Below, piece by piece: positions 12,752-23,782 of a stretch of 64,000 nt of DNA (position 1 is the first letter of the stretch; each line of letters opens with the position of its first letter). The position numbers and the translations under genes were made by a program. The notes under the pieces were generated by a model, which had not been told where the DNA came from, searched no databases, and saw nothing but the letters and a program-made list of their open reading frames with translations. The stretch is from assembly GCF_947568905.1 (NCBI RefSeq), contig NC_079164.1, forward strand, positions 3,472,001 through 3,536,000. Reading direction: 5' to 3'. The DNA comes from Ostrea edulis. Lineage: Eukaryota.

Positions 12752-15700
12752 CTAGAATAGAGGTCCTCTGAAATTTGTTAGTATTGCACAAACAGTCCAT
12801 ATCTGATTAATGGATGAAGCTAAATTAAGAGGAATGACACCATCAAATATATGATATTCTTTTATCCGCCTTATAGCTCTTTCAACATGAATACGAAGGC
12901 GTGCTATTTCATGCGTAAGTGCTACCTCCAAAGCAGAAAATTTACCCTTTTCACCAAGAAAAGGAGGTATTACCAAAGAAGCTTGTTTTTTCTCTAATAA
13001 GTCCTCAATCAAAAACCCTTTATCAGCCATGACTTGGTCATTAGACTCCAACAAATCCAAAATTCCTGACAATGCAGTAATAGCTTTATCACTAATGTTA
13101 CCTGTGTACATTGAACTAATAAATGCAACAGCACCACAAGGTGTAATCCCAATTAAGCTTTTAAATGTTGTGTGACTTTTATAATTCGAGTACATTTCAG
13201 AATTTAATACTTTTGAGCTAGGAGTTTGAACTTTAATTTCTGTACAGTCCAAAATCACTCTAACATGAGGATAAGTTTCTTGAAAACATTTTGGCATGTT
13301 ACTGTCAACCACACAACGAGGTGGCCATAAAGGTAAACTACCAAGCATTGTATACAAATAATTTGCCCATGTTATTAAAATTCTACTCACTGAAGACTGA
13401 GATATGTTAAATCTAACAGCCAAGTCCTGTTCTGGAAAACCCTGACGAACTCTACATAGGAACATAAAAAACTGATCAATTAGTGGCAATGCTTCATTAC
13501 GGATAGCATTTAACTTCATGTTTTCCACATTTGAGGAATGTCTCTGCATTTGCGTCCACCTGATCATTGTTTCTGCTGTTGGCTGAAGAGCAATAAACAA
13601 ACATTTTAAGGTTTCATAATTTTTAAAACCAGTGTAAAAGTTAATCAACTGGGGATCTGTGGTGAATCGTTCTACAGAAAAAAGTCTCCTTTCTACTGCT
13701 ACAAGCTTTTCCTGTAAATCCTTAATTTCCTCTTGGGCTGCCTGAAGTTGGTCCTTGGTTGTAGTATGGACACTGTAATCATGGTCATTTGAGACAGGTG
13801 GTGTTAATCCAGTCTGATCCACAAAACAAGACGATAATTCTGGCTCTTCCTCAATACTGCAATTGTTATCCTCTGCAGATCGTACTGGTGACCTAAATGT
13901 AAATGTTGAAAATTCATTTTTTTTTAAATGCCAAAGAGCATCAGAAACAATTAGTCCCGACCAAACAGTGAGGGATGAGGACTCCTCATTAACAAGTACA
14001 AAAAAAATGTCAAAAAGCAGAACATTGATACAAAGATCTAAAAATGTATTTTTCTTTGATATCGCATACGTAAATATATGGAGGGGGTGTTGGTGTTAAT
14101 GCCAACCTTTATTTTTTTATTTGAAATTGCCACCTTATGGATTTCAGACTGAGGGGTGGGGTTAGAGTATTTTTTTTTAAGTAAAAATTTATAGTAGAAA
14201 TTTCAATAAACAGTGAATTCATTATCAAAAAGATTAAGCTTGTTAAACTGAATAAAATATATTAAAAGCCATTTTGTTAATATTTTTAAGCGGGTATTAT
14301 TTCAGTGAAGCAAAAGGTAATTCCAAACAAAAAAGGCCTTTATTTTGGCCCAGTTTTAATTCAATTCAAGCTTCAATTGTATAACTTTGTGAGGTTGTCT
14401 AAAAACCCCTCAATGGGGCCCTCTACTGATGAGTAAACAATTTATAAACAGTTTTAAGTCAATTTAAAAGTTTTTCACTGATCTTATATACATCTAAACA
14501 TTTGTTAACTTACATGTTTTTCAATGATCTTCTAAGTGGCCTGATCCGTTTAACTGGTGAATTCCAAGCAAATATGCTTGGTACACTCCCTGGTTTTAAA
14601 GACCGTATTCCATTCAATGACCGCCGTACTTCAGTTGGAAGAAAGTGGGCTGAACAAACCCTTGTTGCATCTGATATCTAAGGAAAGAACAATATACATA
14701 GTAGCACTAGAACCTGTAAATTATATGCTGTCGAGTATTGACCAATTTTGTGTTTTAAATTTGGTCATTTAAGATATTATCTAAATCAAAATTGCAATAA
14801 ACATAAATCTTTTTATTCCATATAATCACACCTTATTTGGAGGTGCTCGTAAACATTTTTGGGGTGCTTGTAACAACATGGGCACTTTTGGGGGCATGGG
14901 TGACAAATTATTGGTGCTCAATACTTGGAGTGAAATGTTTTCTGGGCGAAGTCACAGAAATATTGATGTTAGATTTTTGAAAATTGGTCAATTTTGGGCA
15001 GTTTTTGTCCCGCACCAAAGGCTCCGGGGCTGCTGGAGTCCTGAAATTCACAGTTTATGTCCCCCTTGTCCCAAAAATGATTCAATATATGCCAAATCTG
15101 AAAAGAATTGGACTAGTAGTTATCGAGAAGTTAAAAATGTTCAACTGTTACCGCACGACGACGGACGACAACCAATATGCAATAGGTCACTTGAGTAATC
15201 TCAGGTGACCTAATATATATATATATATATATAATGAAATTGTTATAAAAGACCAAGTACCTTCAAACTGGTTCAATTACTAAGTGTTAAACATATCAAA
15301 GAATTGATTAATTTAGGTAAATACTTGTAATTAGCATGTTTAAAAAGAGATGCTTAATATAGCTTTTGTTCTATTTATGTATACTCTCCTGTGTGATGTT
15401 TGTTTATAAATATCATATTTATGTTATTCTGTTTTTGAATCTGGTGAGTCATATAACTCATGGATAATAAAGAACTATCATGCATGTACCTGGACAGAGT
15501 TGCTGGACATTAAATAAACAGTGATTTAAATTAGGAATTGGGTGACAGGTGCTGCAATGTACAGAGCAGGAGATTTACCTTCATTCATTCATTAATTTTA
15601 TTCGCTCAAACCACAATGAAAATGATACATTTATTTAGGTACAATACAGAATTTTCATGAATCAATACATGTAACGTCAGAGGAATATATATACATGTAG

Positions 15701-16631
15701 GTACCTACAACTAAATACAGTGAAATATACATAACTATGTACAAAAACTTGAGAAAGCGTGTTAAGGAGACTAATTCGTATATATCTTTAAAATAAACAT
15801 GCACAGCTTTTTAAGGTTTTTAACCAGGGTTGGGCCCCCGGTTTTAACCGTCCCGGTCAATACTCCCCAAGTGGTCAATACTGGTCAATTGTGATTTAAA
15901 CTGTCCATTTTCATATTTTTGTACATTTCTTGCAAAGATAAATTAAGTCTTTTTATTATATGGATCAATTGTTGATTAATATTTTTCATTAGATAATCAA
16001 ATGTAATTTCATAAATTTAATATATTTGGTTTGCTGAAACTGACCGAAATATCTTCAGTACCTATCCGAGGGTCACAGTTCTATAGCATAGCTTGACGAT
16101 TGGAGACAGACCTCTTAATACATGTACCTGGGCAGATTAAGAATAAAAGGTAGCTGGACAGTACCTGAGCACAGGAAGCAAAGTTGACAGGTGTTAATAA
16201 GCACAGACTGGGACCAGAGATGACCAGTGTGCCTGTTATTGTTATGAAAACATCACCAACTCACCCCCTCAAATGTTTATTCAACAGTTAAAATGAAGAT
16301 TAATGAAACAATACTTATAGGTAGTTCTTGTTAAACTAAGGAATTTGAACAGACATTTTTATTCGGGGGTGATATGGTATTGACACCTTCTTATATTATT
16401 GCACACAAAATTATCGATTCCTGTGTATACATGTACGTAACTACTCACTCTGAAGTTTTCCCCTATATCCCTCCGAATTTTAATAATCCATTCCTTCCTT
16501 TTGATCTTATCCGATGGGAATTTGTGGAAGGACAATTCCCTCTTGAGGTCATAACGGGAATCGTTGTTGCAAAGCGGGACACAACAGTGATAAGCCGTAC
16601 CGGTACTGCATGTACTTGTGTTACTCGCCAT
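12752..16631 (-). CDS. THAP + HTH + DDE_Tnp_4 (Harbinger-like) transposase, 3 exons, 495 aa
   Basis: Exons 16631-16449, 14677-14514 and 13892-12752 (phases 0,2; 1488 nt). The THAP domain is split across exons 1-2 (CCVPLC...W...VCSAHF...SVPSIF). Catalytic motifs ILDCTE, MADKGF and RIHVERAIRRIKEY are intact. Confidence 0.92.
14873..15212 (+). mobile_element. HINE-like element in transposase intron 1
   Basis: gacgacggacgac microsatellite followed by the 3' hairpin aggtcacttgagtaatctcaggtgacctaa. Confidence 0.6.
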
Positions 16632-16716
16632 CTTGTTTGCGTTCCGAGCCTCGTTTTGAGATTTGATGACGCAACCCGTGAATAAAGATACCCAGGTTTA
16701 ACCAAGCGAACAATAA

Positions 16717-16800
16717 TAGTCTAGGTCACCTACACGTTTGTCAATGCAGTGTTCTACGAGATTTGAGTGGGAAGTCAAACGGCTTGCGTGACCTAGGCTA
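16717..16800. mobile_element. 84-bp MITE with TAG...CTA ends and a 9-bp TSD
   Basis: TIR tagtctaggtcac / gtgacctaggcta (12 of 13 match); flanked by gaacaataa at 16708-16716 and 16801-16809. Confidence 0.8.
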
Positions 16801-16868
16801 GAACAATAATCGTAACAACTCGACCATTTCCGTAAGGCCGAGCGTGTTCCGATTGTAAGCTAGCGACC

Positions 16869-16931
16869 TAGCCTGGTACCCGAGGCCTTCCGATGTTCTT
16901 TGAACATCGGAAGGCCTCGGGTACCAGGCTA
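16869..16931. repeat. Perfect 63-bp palindrome with TAG...CTA ends
   Basis: tagcctggtacccgaggccttccgatgttc-ttt-gaacatcggaaggcctcgggtaccaggcta (30-bp arms). Confidence 0.95.
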
Positions 16932-16989
16932 CGTGGGCTCATGCAAATCAAAACGAGGCTTGTGCCGGATTGCCGGATTTGGTTCCCTC

Positions 16990-17080
16990 CACGGGCACTG
17001 GAAGTTAATGTAAATATATAGTATGTGCATGTATAATACATGCACATACTATATATTTACATTAACTTCCAGTGCCCGTG
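16990..17080. repeat. Perfect 91-bp palindrome with CAC...GTG ends
   Basis: cacgggcactggaagttaatgtaaatatatagtatgtgcatgtat-a-atacatgcacatactatatatttacattaacttccagtgcccgtg (45-bp arms). Confidence 0.95.
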
Positions 17081-17761
17081 TATAGGTTGAATTTTTATGT
17101 GTATATAAATCCATCTTAGAATTAGACAATCAGGCGGAGGTCTGACCCTACCAAGTAAAAATGGAAAGAGCGTGGAAGCTTCTCTCCCAGAAGGTATATA
17201 TACATTAAAAGATGCTCATAACCACCCTGCACCAATAAATATTGACCTAATTATTTTTCTATGACTATGAAGTCATGAATAGTGAGGACACCAAATGTGA
17301 AGGCTACATAAGAAGAGTAGGCCCCTATTTGAAAAGTCATATTGTGCATGCGAAATATATATGTATATTCAATGCACATTATATTTGTTGTTGACATTTA
17401 ATTTCCAGGTCATGAAGTTCTATGATAAGTTCCCAAAGAGTAAAGTCGTATGCATGGGAATTATCAATTGTGATGTCGCGGTCCGGAATTTTACCGCTCC
17501 GGTTTGTGTTCTAGTGTTTTAGTGTATACTTCCGTGACGCCGTAGCATGCTTTATGTCTCTGTAAATTGTGGGTATTTGGGCCTCCCTAAGGAGTAAGTT
17601 TGCTTAAATACCTTTGTAAACAATAACTTTACAATGTTATGGATGTTTTTCTATAGGTATGATTATGTGTAATCGTTTTCTGAATCTTCGTGGTTTATTT
17701 TCAATAATGTGACCTATTTTCACTCGAAATGTTTGTCATACGTTTACCATACGTTTGTAAT

Positions 17762-19874
17762 GGGTGGGTGTAAATGTAGTCCGGGACATATGTCCCGCGA
17801 TGTCCGATATTGATGTTTGCCGATTTATCGTTACACGTTAGTTTTTCTTCAATTATCTTACTCAATGTGTTTTAAGACGATCACCAAGAGTCTTCATTGT
17901 GAAGTTGGTGTATGGAAATTGCCTAATTATTTAATAAATGGCTTTTATTTTTTCTTCAGGGTGTAAAGGTAGTCCCGAAGATTTTACGAAGAAAATGCAG
18001 TTCCGGTTTTTGTTTTTGCCTCGTTTAAGTACAAAGCACTTATAATCTTTAAGTATTGTGTCCAATTGATAATCATAATAGACTATTTTATTTGGTTATT
18101 TGAAATAATCTCACTAATCAATACATTAAACGGGTTTTTATATCCTTTTTTTCTCGGGACATCGCAGTTAAATGAGATACTAATGCGAGAATCGGACTGA
18201 TATGAAAACATTAAATCCGAATTCATCTAAAGACTAATTTATTATTATTATTATTACTATCCAAAAGCAATGTTAGACGTTTAAATTAAATGTAATTTGT
18301 AATTCATATACAATATCGTGGAAAGATTAATAAAATTTATATTGGGGTTGTTAGCCGTAAGTTAATTAAACATGTAAAGTATGCCCAGCTCTTGCCATGT
18401 GGAGGCCACCCCTCTAAAGAGTCATAGTTTTATTAATTTGATATTTTGCTAAATCTGCACCGAATCATATATTTACTTTTTTTCTGATACTTTATTTTTA
18501 AAATGAAATATATATATTATTTATTTGATATTTTGCTAAATCTGCACCGAATCATATATTTACTTTTTTCTGATACTTTATTTTCAAAATGAAATATATA
18601 GATTTTTAATTTCGGCAATGTAATTAAAGAGTTTTCTTATGTTTATAAACAAACCAGTGAGATGTTAATTTTGTAATTTAAAGCATCTTAAAATTTGAAA
18701 AAGCAAGAAAATTTTGATCAATAAAGGTGGGGAAAAATTAGTATTTTAGAATGAAATTATTTATGTTCTGCCTGTTTTAATTTAAAATTTCTTTAGCACT
18801 ATTATACACACTAAAAATAAATACTACAGTAGGTCTACTGCTAATGCTACATGTATAAGCACTAAGAACAACATCTGCAACACCATGAGAAGCTTTGTGA
18901 ATAATCGCCTTGAAAGTTCACGCAACGATTGTGTTACAACTTTTCACAGATGTCGCATGATGTCATATTGTCAAAGATGTCAGGTAGATTGCAATCAAGT
19001 CCTATAAAATCCAGACCCCCTGCCTCATAAAGTGCCCCCCCCCCCCCCCCCCCCCCCCCGTAACCACAATTCCTGGATCCGTCCCTGTTCATTACAAAAT
19101 GCAACACCTACATTAACTGTAAATATTCCATAGAGAGGGTAGTTTATATATATTTACATGTATTTCTATTCAGGTATAAAATATCACAGAATGTCATGAT
19201 TGTAAATTTGAAATAACAAATTGAAACCCGGCATAATCTATAGCACTATTCAGTTATAACAGTTAAAAAATAAGTGACTGTATGAATAACACAACAAAAT
19301 ATATTGATACCAAATCTTATTATTTATAGTCCTTTATATCAGTTGTAATTAATTTTCCTTACTAGATATATAACACTTCAAATCACTTGTATAGCTATTC
19401 ATAATACGGGTTGAAACTGTCACCTTATTCCGGTTTTAATTTTACACTCTTCGTGTCGAGTCAACCACTGAAGCGATGTCCCATAAAAAAAAGGACGAGC
19501 ATTCACATAACATGCTGAATATTTCGTAAATCTTTTTATCATGATATCAAACAATATCTAAACAAGAGCAAAAGCAACATAAAACACAGAAAAGGTTTTA
19601 CTTCAATTATTAACAAGGCAAAAACCAAAACCGGAAATGCGTTTTCTTCGTAAAATCTTCGGGACTACCTTTACACCTTGAAGAAAAAATAAAAGCCATT
19701 TATTAAATAATTAGGCAATTTCCACACACCAAATTCACAATGAAGACTCGTGGTGATCGTCTTAAAACACATTCAGTAAGATAATTGAAGAAAAATTAAC
19801 GTATAACGATAAATCGGCAACATCAATATCGGACATCCCGGGACATATGTCCCGGACTACATTTACACCCACCC
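17762..19874. mobile_element. Non-autonomous Mutator-like element (MULE)
   Basis: TIRs of about 265 bp (17762-18025 / 19612-19874) starting gggtgggtgtaaatgtagtccgggacatatg. 9-bp TSD gtttgtaat at 17753-17761 and 19875-19883. No coding interior seen. Confidence 0.9.
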
Positions 19875-20606
19875 GTTTGTAATACGTATAGAGCCATGAC
19901 TGGTTAAATAGTTTTTTATTGTGTTCACGTTTTCGCCAACATTTTGATGAAGTTGATCAGTGTTTTATGATTGTTTCTTATTTGTTTTATAGTTTTTTAC
20001 CCTCGTCTCATGAGGAAAGTCCCGAATAAAGAATATATATATGGAGTTCCAGTCGACTCGTTCTAGTTTATTCTTTAAGAACGGCACATCAATAACACCT
20101 TTCAGATTGTAGGTAAGTGAATAAGATACGATTAACAAAATGTGAAGGATAATTAAGTTAGAAGTGATTATTTACGAAGATCTGAAACTTAATTAAATCA
20201 TTTCAGATAATGTTTATTTTATTCCATATTCAGTTAGCTGCATGGACTTGCTCTAACAATAGCTAATTTCACATTCATATTAGAATTAAAAGGAGGAAAG
20301 TTGTGATTTCAAAGTATTAACAGGTGATGCTGATCTTCAAAAATCATATTCGGAGGAAGACTTTCTCGGGCATTATAGAAAGATGCCATACATTAATGAA
20401 GAAGGTATGAATCTTAAAGATATGAAACAATTGTATCAATGGACAACTTCAACATCAATTCATTACTTTAAATATGTTTAAATACTGTTTCCATTACCGT
20501 CATATCTGTAGCATTAGAGGGAGTTTATTATTCGTATTTACCAACATGTGTCAACAATTTAACATATGAGAGTACCCACAAAAATTAATGCAAAACTGGA
20601 GACAAT

Positions 20607-22312
20607 ACACATGGTCTTCTGTTGATAACACTCTAGCATGAGACCACAGTCCTATAACACCCACAAACACACATGGTCTCATGTTGACAACACTCTAGCA
20701 TGAGACCACAGTCCTATAACAGCCACAAACACACATGGTCTCATATTGACAACACTCTAGCATGAGACCAGTCCTATAACAGCCACAAACACACATGGTC
20801 TCATGTTGACAACACTCTAGCATGAGACCACAGTCCTATAACACCCACAAACACACATGGTCTCATGTTGACAACACTGTACCATGAGACCACAGTCCTT
20901 TAGCAACTAAAAACACACATGGTCTCATGTTTACAACACTATCATGAGACCACAGTCCTATAACACCCACAAACACACATGGTCTCATGTTGACAACACT
21001 CTAGCATAAGACCAATCCTATAACAGCCACAAACACACATGGTCTCATGTTGACAACACTCTAGCATGAGACCACAGTCCTATAACACCCACAAACACAC
21101 ATGGTCTCATGTTTACAACACTCTAGCATGAGACCACAGTCCTATAACAGCCACAAACACACATGGTCTCATGTTGACAACACTCTAGCATCAGACCACA
21201 GTCCTATAACAGCCACAAACACACATGGTCTCATGTTGACAACACTCTAGCATCAGACCACAGTCCTATAACAGCCACAAACACACATGGTCTCATGTTG
21301 ACAACACTCTATAATGAGACCACAGTCCTATAACAGCCACAAACACACATGGTCTCATGTTGACAACACTGTACCATGAGACCACAGTCCTTTAGCAACT
21401 AAAAACACACATGGTCTCATAGTTTAAAAACACTGTATCATGAGACCACAGTCCTATAACAGCCACAAACACACATGGTCTCATGTTGACAACACTCTAG
21501 CATGAGACCACAGTCCTATAACACCCACAAACACACATGGTCTCATGTTGACAACACTCTAGCATGAGACCACAGTCCTATAACAGCCACAAACACACAT
21601 GGTCTCATGTTGACAACACTCTAGCATAAGACCACAGTCCTATAACAGCCACAAACACACATGGTCTCATGTTGACAACACTCTATAATGAGACCACAGT
21701 CCTATAACAGCCACAAACACACATGGTCTCATGTTGACAACACTGTACCATGAGACCACAGTCCTTTAGCAACTAAAAATACACATGGTCTCATAGTTTA
21801 AAAACACTGTATCATGAGACCACAGTCCTATAACAGCCACAAACACACATGGTCTCATGTTGACAACACTCTAGCATGAGACCACAGTCCTATAACAGCC
21901 ACAAACACACATGGTCTCATGTTGACAACACTCTAGCATGAGACCACAGTCCTATAACAGCCACAAACACACATGGTCTCATGTTGACAACACTCTAGCA
22001 TAAGACCACAGTCCTATAACAGCCACAAACACACATGGTCTCATGTTGACAACACTCTAGCATAAGACCACAGTCCTATAACAGCCACAAACACACATGG
22101 TCTCATGTTGACAACACTCTATAATGAGACCACAGTCCTATAACAGCCACAAACACACATGGTCTCATGTTGACAACACTGTACCATGAGACCACAGTCC
22201 TTTAGCAACTAAAAACACACATGGTCTCATGTTGACAACACTGTACCATGAGACCACAGTCCTTTAGCAACTAAAAACACACATGGTCTCATGTTGAAAA
22301 CACTGTACCATA
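20607..22312. repeat. 62-bp tandem satellite, about 27 copies, each with an internal hairpin
   Basis: Unit acacatggtctcatgttgacaacactctagcatgagaccacagtcctataacagccacaaac; tggtctcatg / catgagacca form a 10-bp inverted repeat. Confidence 0.97.
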
Positions 22313-22419
22313 AGAGTGTATAAGGGATTGCATTTTCCAAATCAATAATCTCTGTTTTGCATATTAACAATATTATCCAGTGTATCTACCTTATTGCATG
22401 TGTACTTAAATTTCTTTTT

Positions 22420-23450
22420 CATGGAGACTTGTGGGTTCAAATCCCACCACTACTGACATTTAGTAGTCAAAAGTAGTGTAAATTTGGTAGGTCACCATGA
22501 TCTAATACCTATTACCTATATTATCATAGCATGTATACTTGTCTTTTTACCCAATGTGTGTTTGATTTATTCTGTGGATGCTGCCCAAATTTCAAAAAAC
22601 TCCTAGTATACAATATACTGTTTGGATGTTGGTTTTCATCCTGGAAGTTTGAAAAGATAATAATATGTAAATATCGCATGTATTTGAGGGTAACATTGAA
22701 AATTTTCACCCCGAGAAAACCATTGTCAACCGAGGAGGTTGACAATGGTTTCTCGAGGGGAGAAAATTTCAATGTTTCCCTCAAATACATGCAATATTTG
22801 TTTTATTATACTGAATGTTATGTAAACTGGAAAGCAGAAAAACTTACGTCTGTTGACATTTGATCAATCACTGTCGTGCGATATTTCGTATTTCGATGCA
22901 GGTACTCGCGTTTATTACAAACGCTCAAACGACGTCGTCTAGCAATCTACGGCAAACCGTACGTGCATAAATTTGACACATGTGATAATTTTTTATAATA
23001 TCGCCCGTTGTCAAGTACTGTTACCCGTTGCTAGATACTATCACCCTGGGTCGCGTGTTTTCTGTTCTCAGAGGGTAACAATATGTTTTTTCAAATGCTT
23101 CTCGACCAATCAGGTTCGAGTATTTTACATGAAAGTATAATAAATGGTTTTCTCAACCTGCTATTCTGTGTTTTTGCATATTACCAATACTCTATCTAGC
23201 ATGTCTTCAATATTACTAAAATGTCTTTTTCATGGAGACTTGTGGGTTCAAATCCCACCACTACTGATCTTTAGTAGTTGAAAGTAGTGCAAATTTGGTA
23301 GGTCACCATGATCTAATACCTATACTATCCAGCATGTTTACTTTAATGCATGTATCTAACATTTCTATTTCATGGAGACTTGTGGGTTCAAATCCCACCA
23401 CTACTGACGTTTAGTAGTCAAAAGTAGTGCAAATTTGGTAGGTCACCATG
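22420..23450 (+). repeat. Three copies of an 80-nt unit containing a tRNA T-arm/B-box
   Basis: Copies at 22420-22499, 23231-23310 and 23371-23450: catggagacttgtgggttcaaatcccaccactact...agtagt...gtcaccatg. Confidence 0.8.
22657..23144. mobile_element. Non-autonomous element with a long one-ended hairpin (Crypton-like, tentative)
   Basis: Imperfect hairpin 22676-22792 with arms of about 56 bp; ataataa at both ends; ccaatcag near the right end. The family label is from memory only. Confidence 0.45.
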
Positions 23451-23782
23451 ATCTAATACCTACACTATCCTTGCATGCATACTTGTCTTTCTACCTCTTA
23501 TGATTGCCCAAACCTTGCTTTGGTACATACGCTATACAGCCAGTATTTCTTTGGATGTTGTCCATTTTACGAAACCCCTATACATGTATTGTTATTCTTC
23601 ATAAGTTGCATTTGCATGTCTATTATTCATACAAATTTGTTATCACCTTTATGATTGTTGACAACACTGTAGCATGAGACCACACGTGTAAGCATAGTTT
23701 TGGTTACAATTATAGTTACTGTTGAAATACATCATTTTTTTCTGTAATTCCTCATACATAACATAAATTCTATCATTGTTAG

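Larger units (their letters stand above)
8069..16685. mobile_element. ISL2EU-type (PHIS/Harbinger-related) autonomous DNA transposon; outer ends approximate
   Basis: Convergent THAP-DDE transposase and SWIM-YqaJ genes. Bounded by inverted repeats: perfect 24-bp core 8097-8120 / 16634-16657, with homology out to ttattcac 8069-8076 / gtgaataa 16678-16685. No TSD recognised. Confidence 0.85.

Noticed and set aside
20607-22312. CRISPR-like array (palindromic repeats at regular spacing)
   Set aside because: The intervening sequences are near-identical, not unique spacers; there are no cas genes and the context is eukaryotic.
22420-23450. Functional tRNA genes
   Set aside because: Only a T-arm/B-box is present; I found no D-arm/A-box, anticodon arm or proper acceptor stem.
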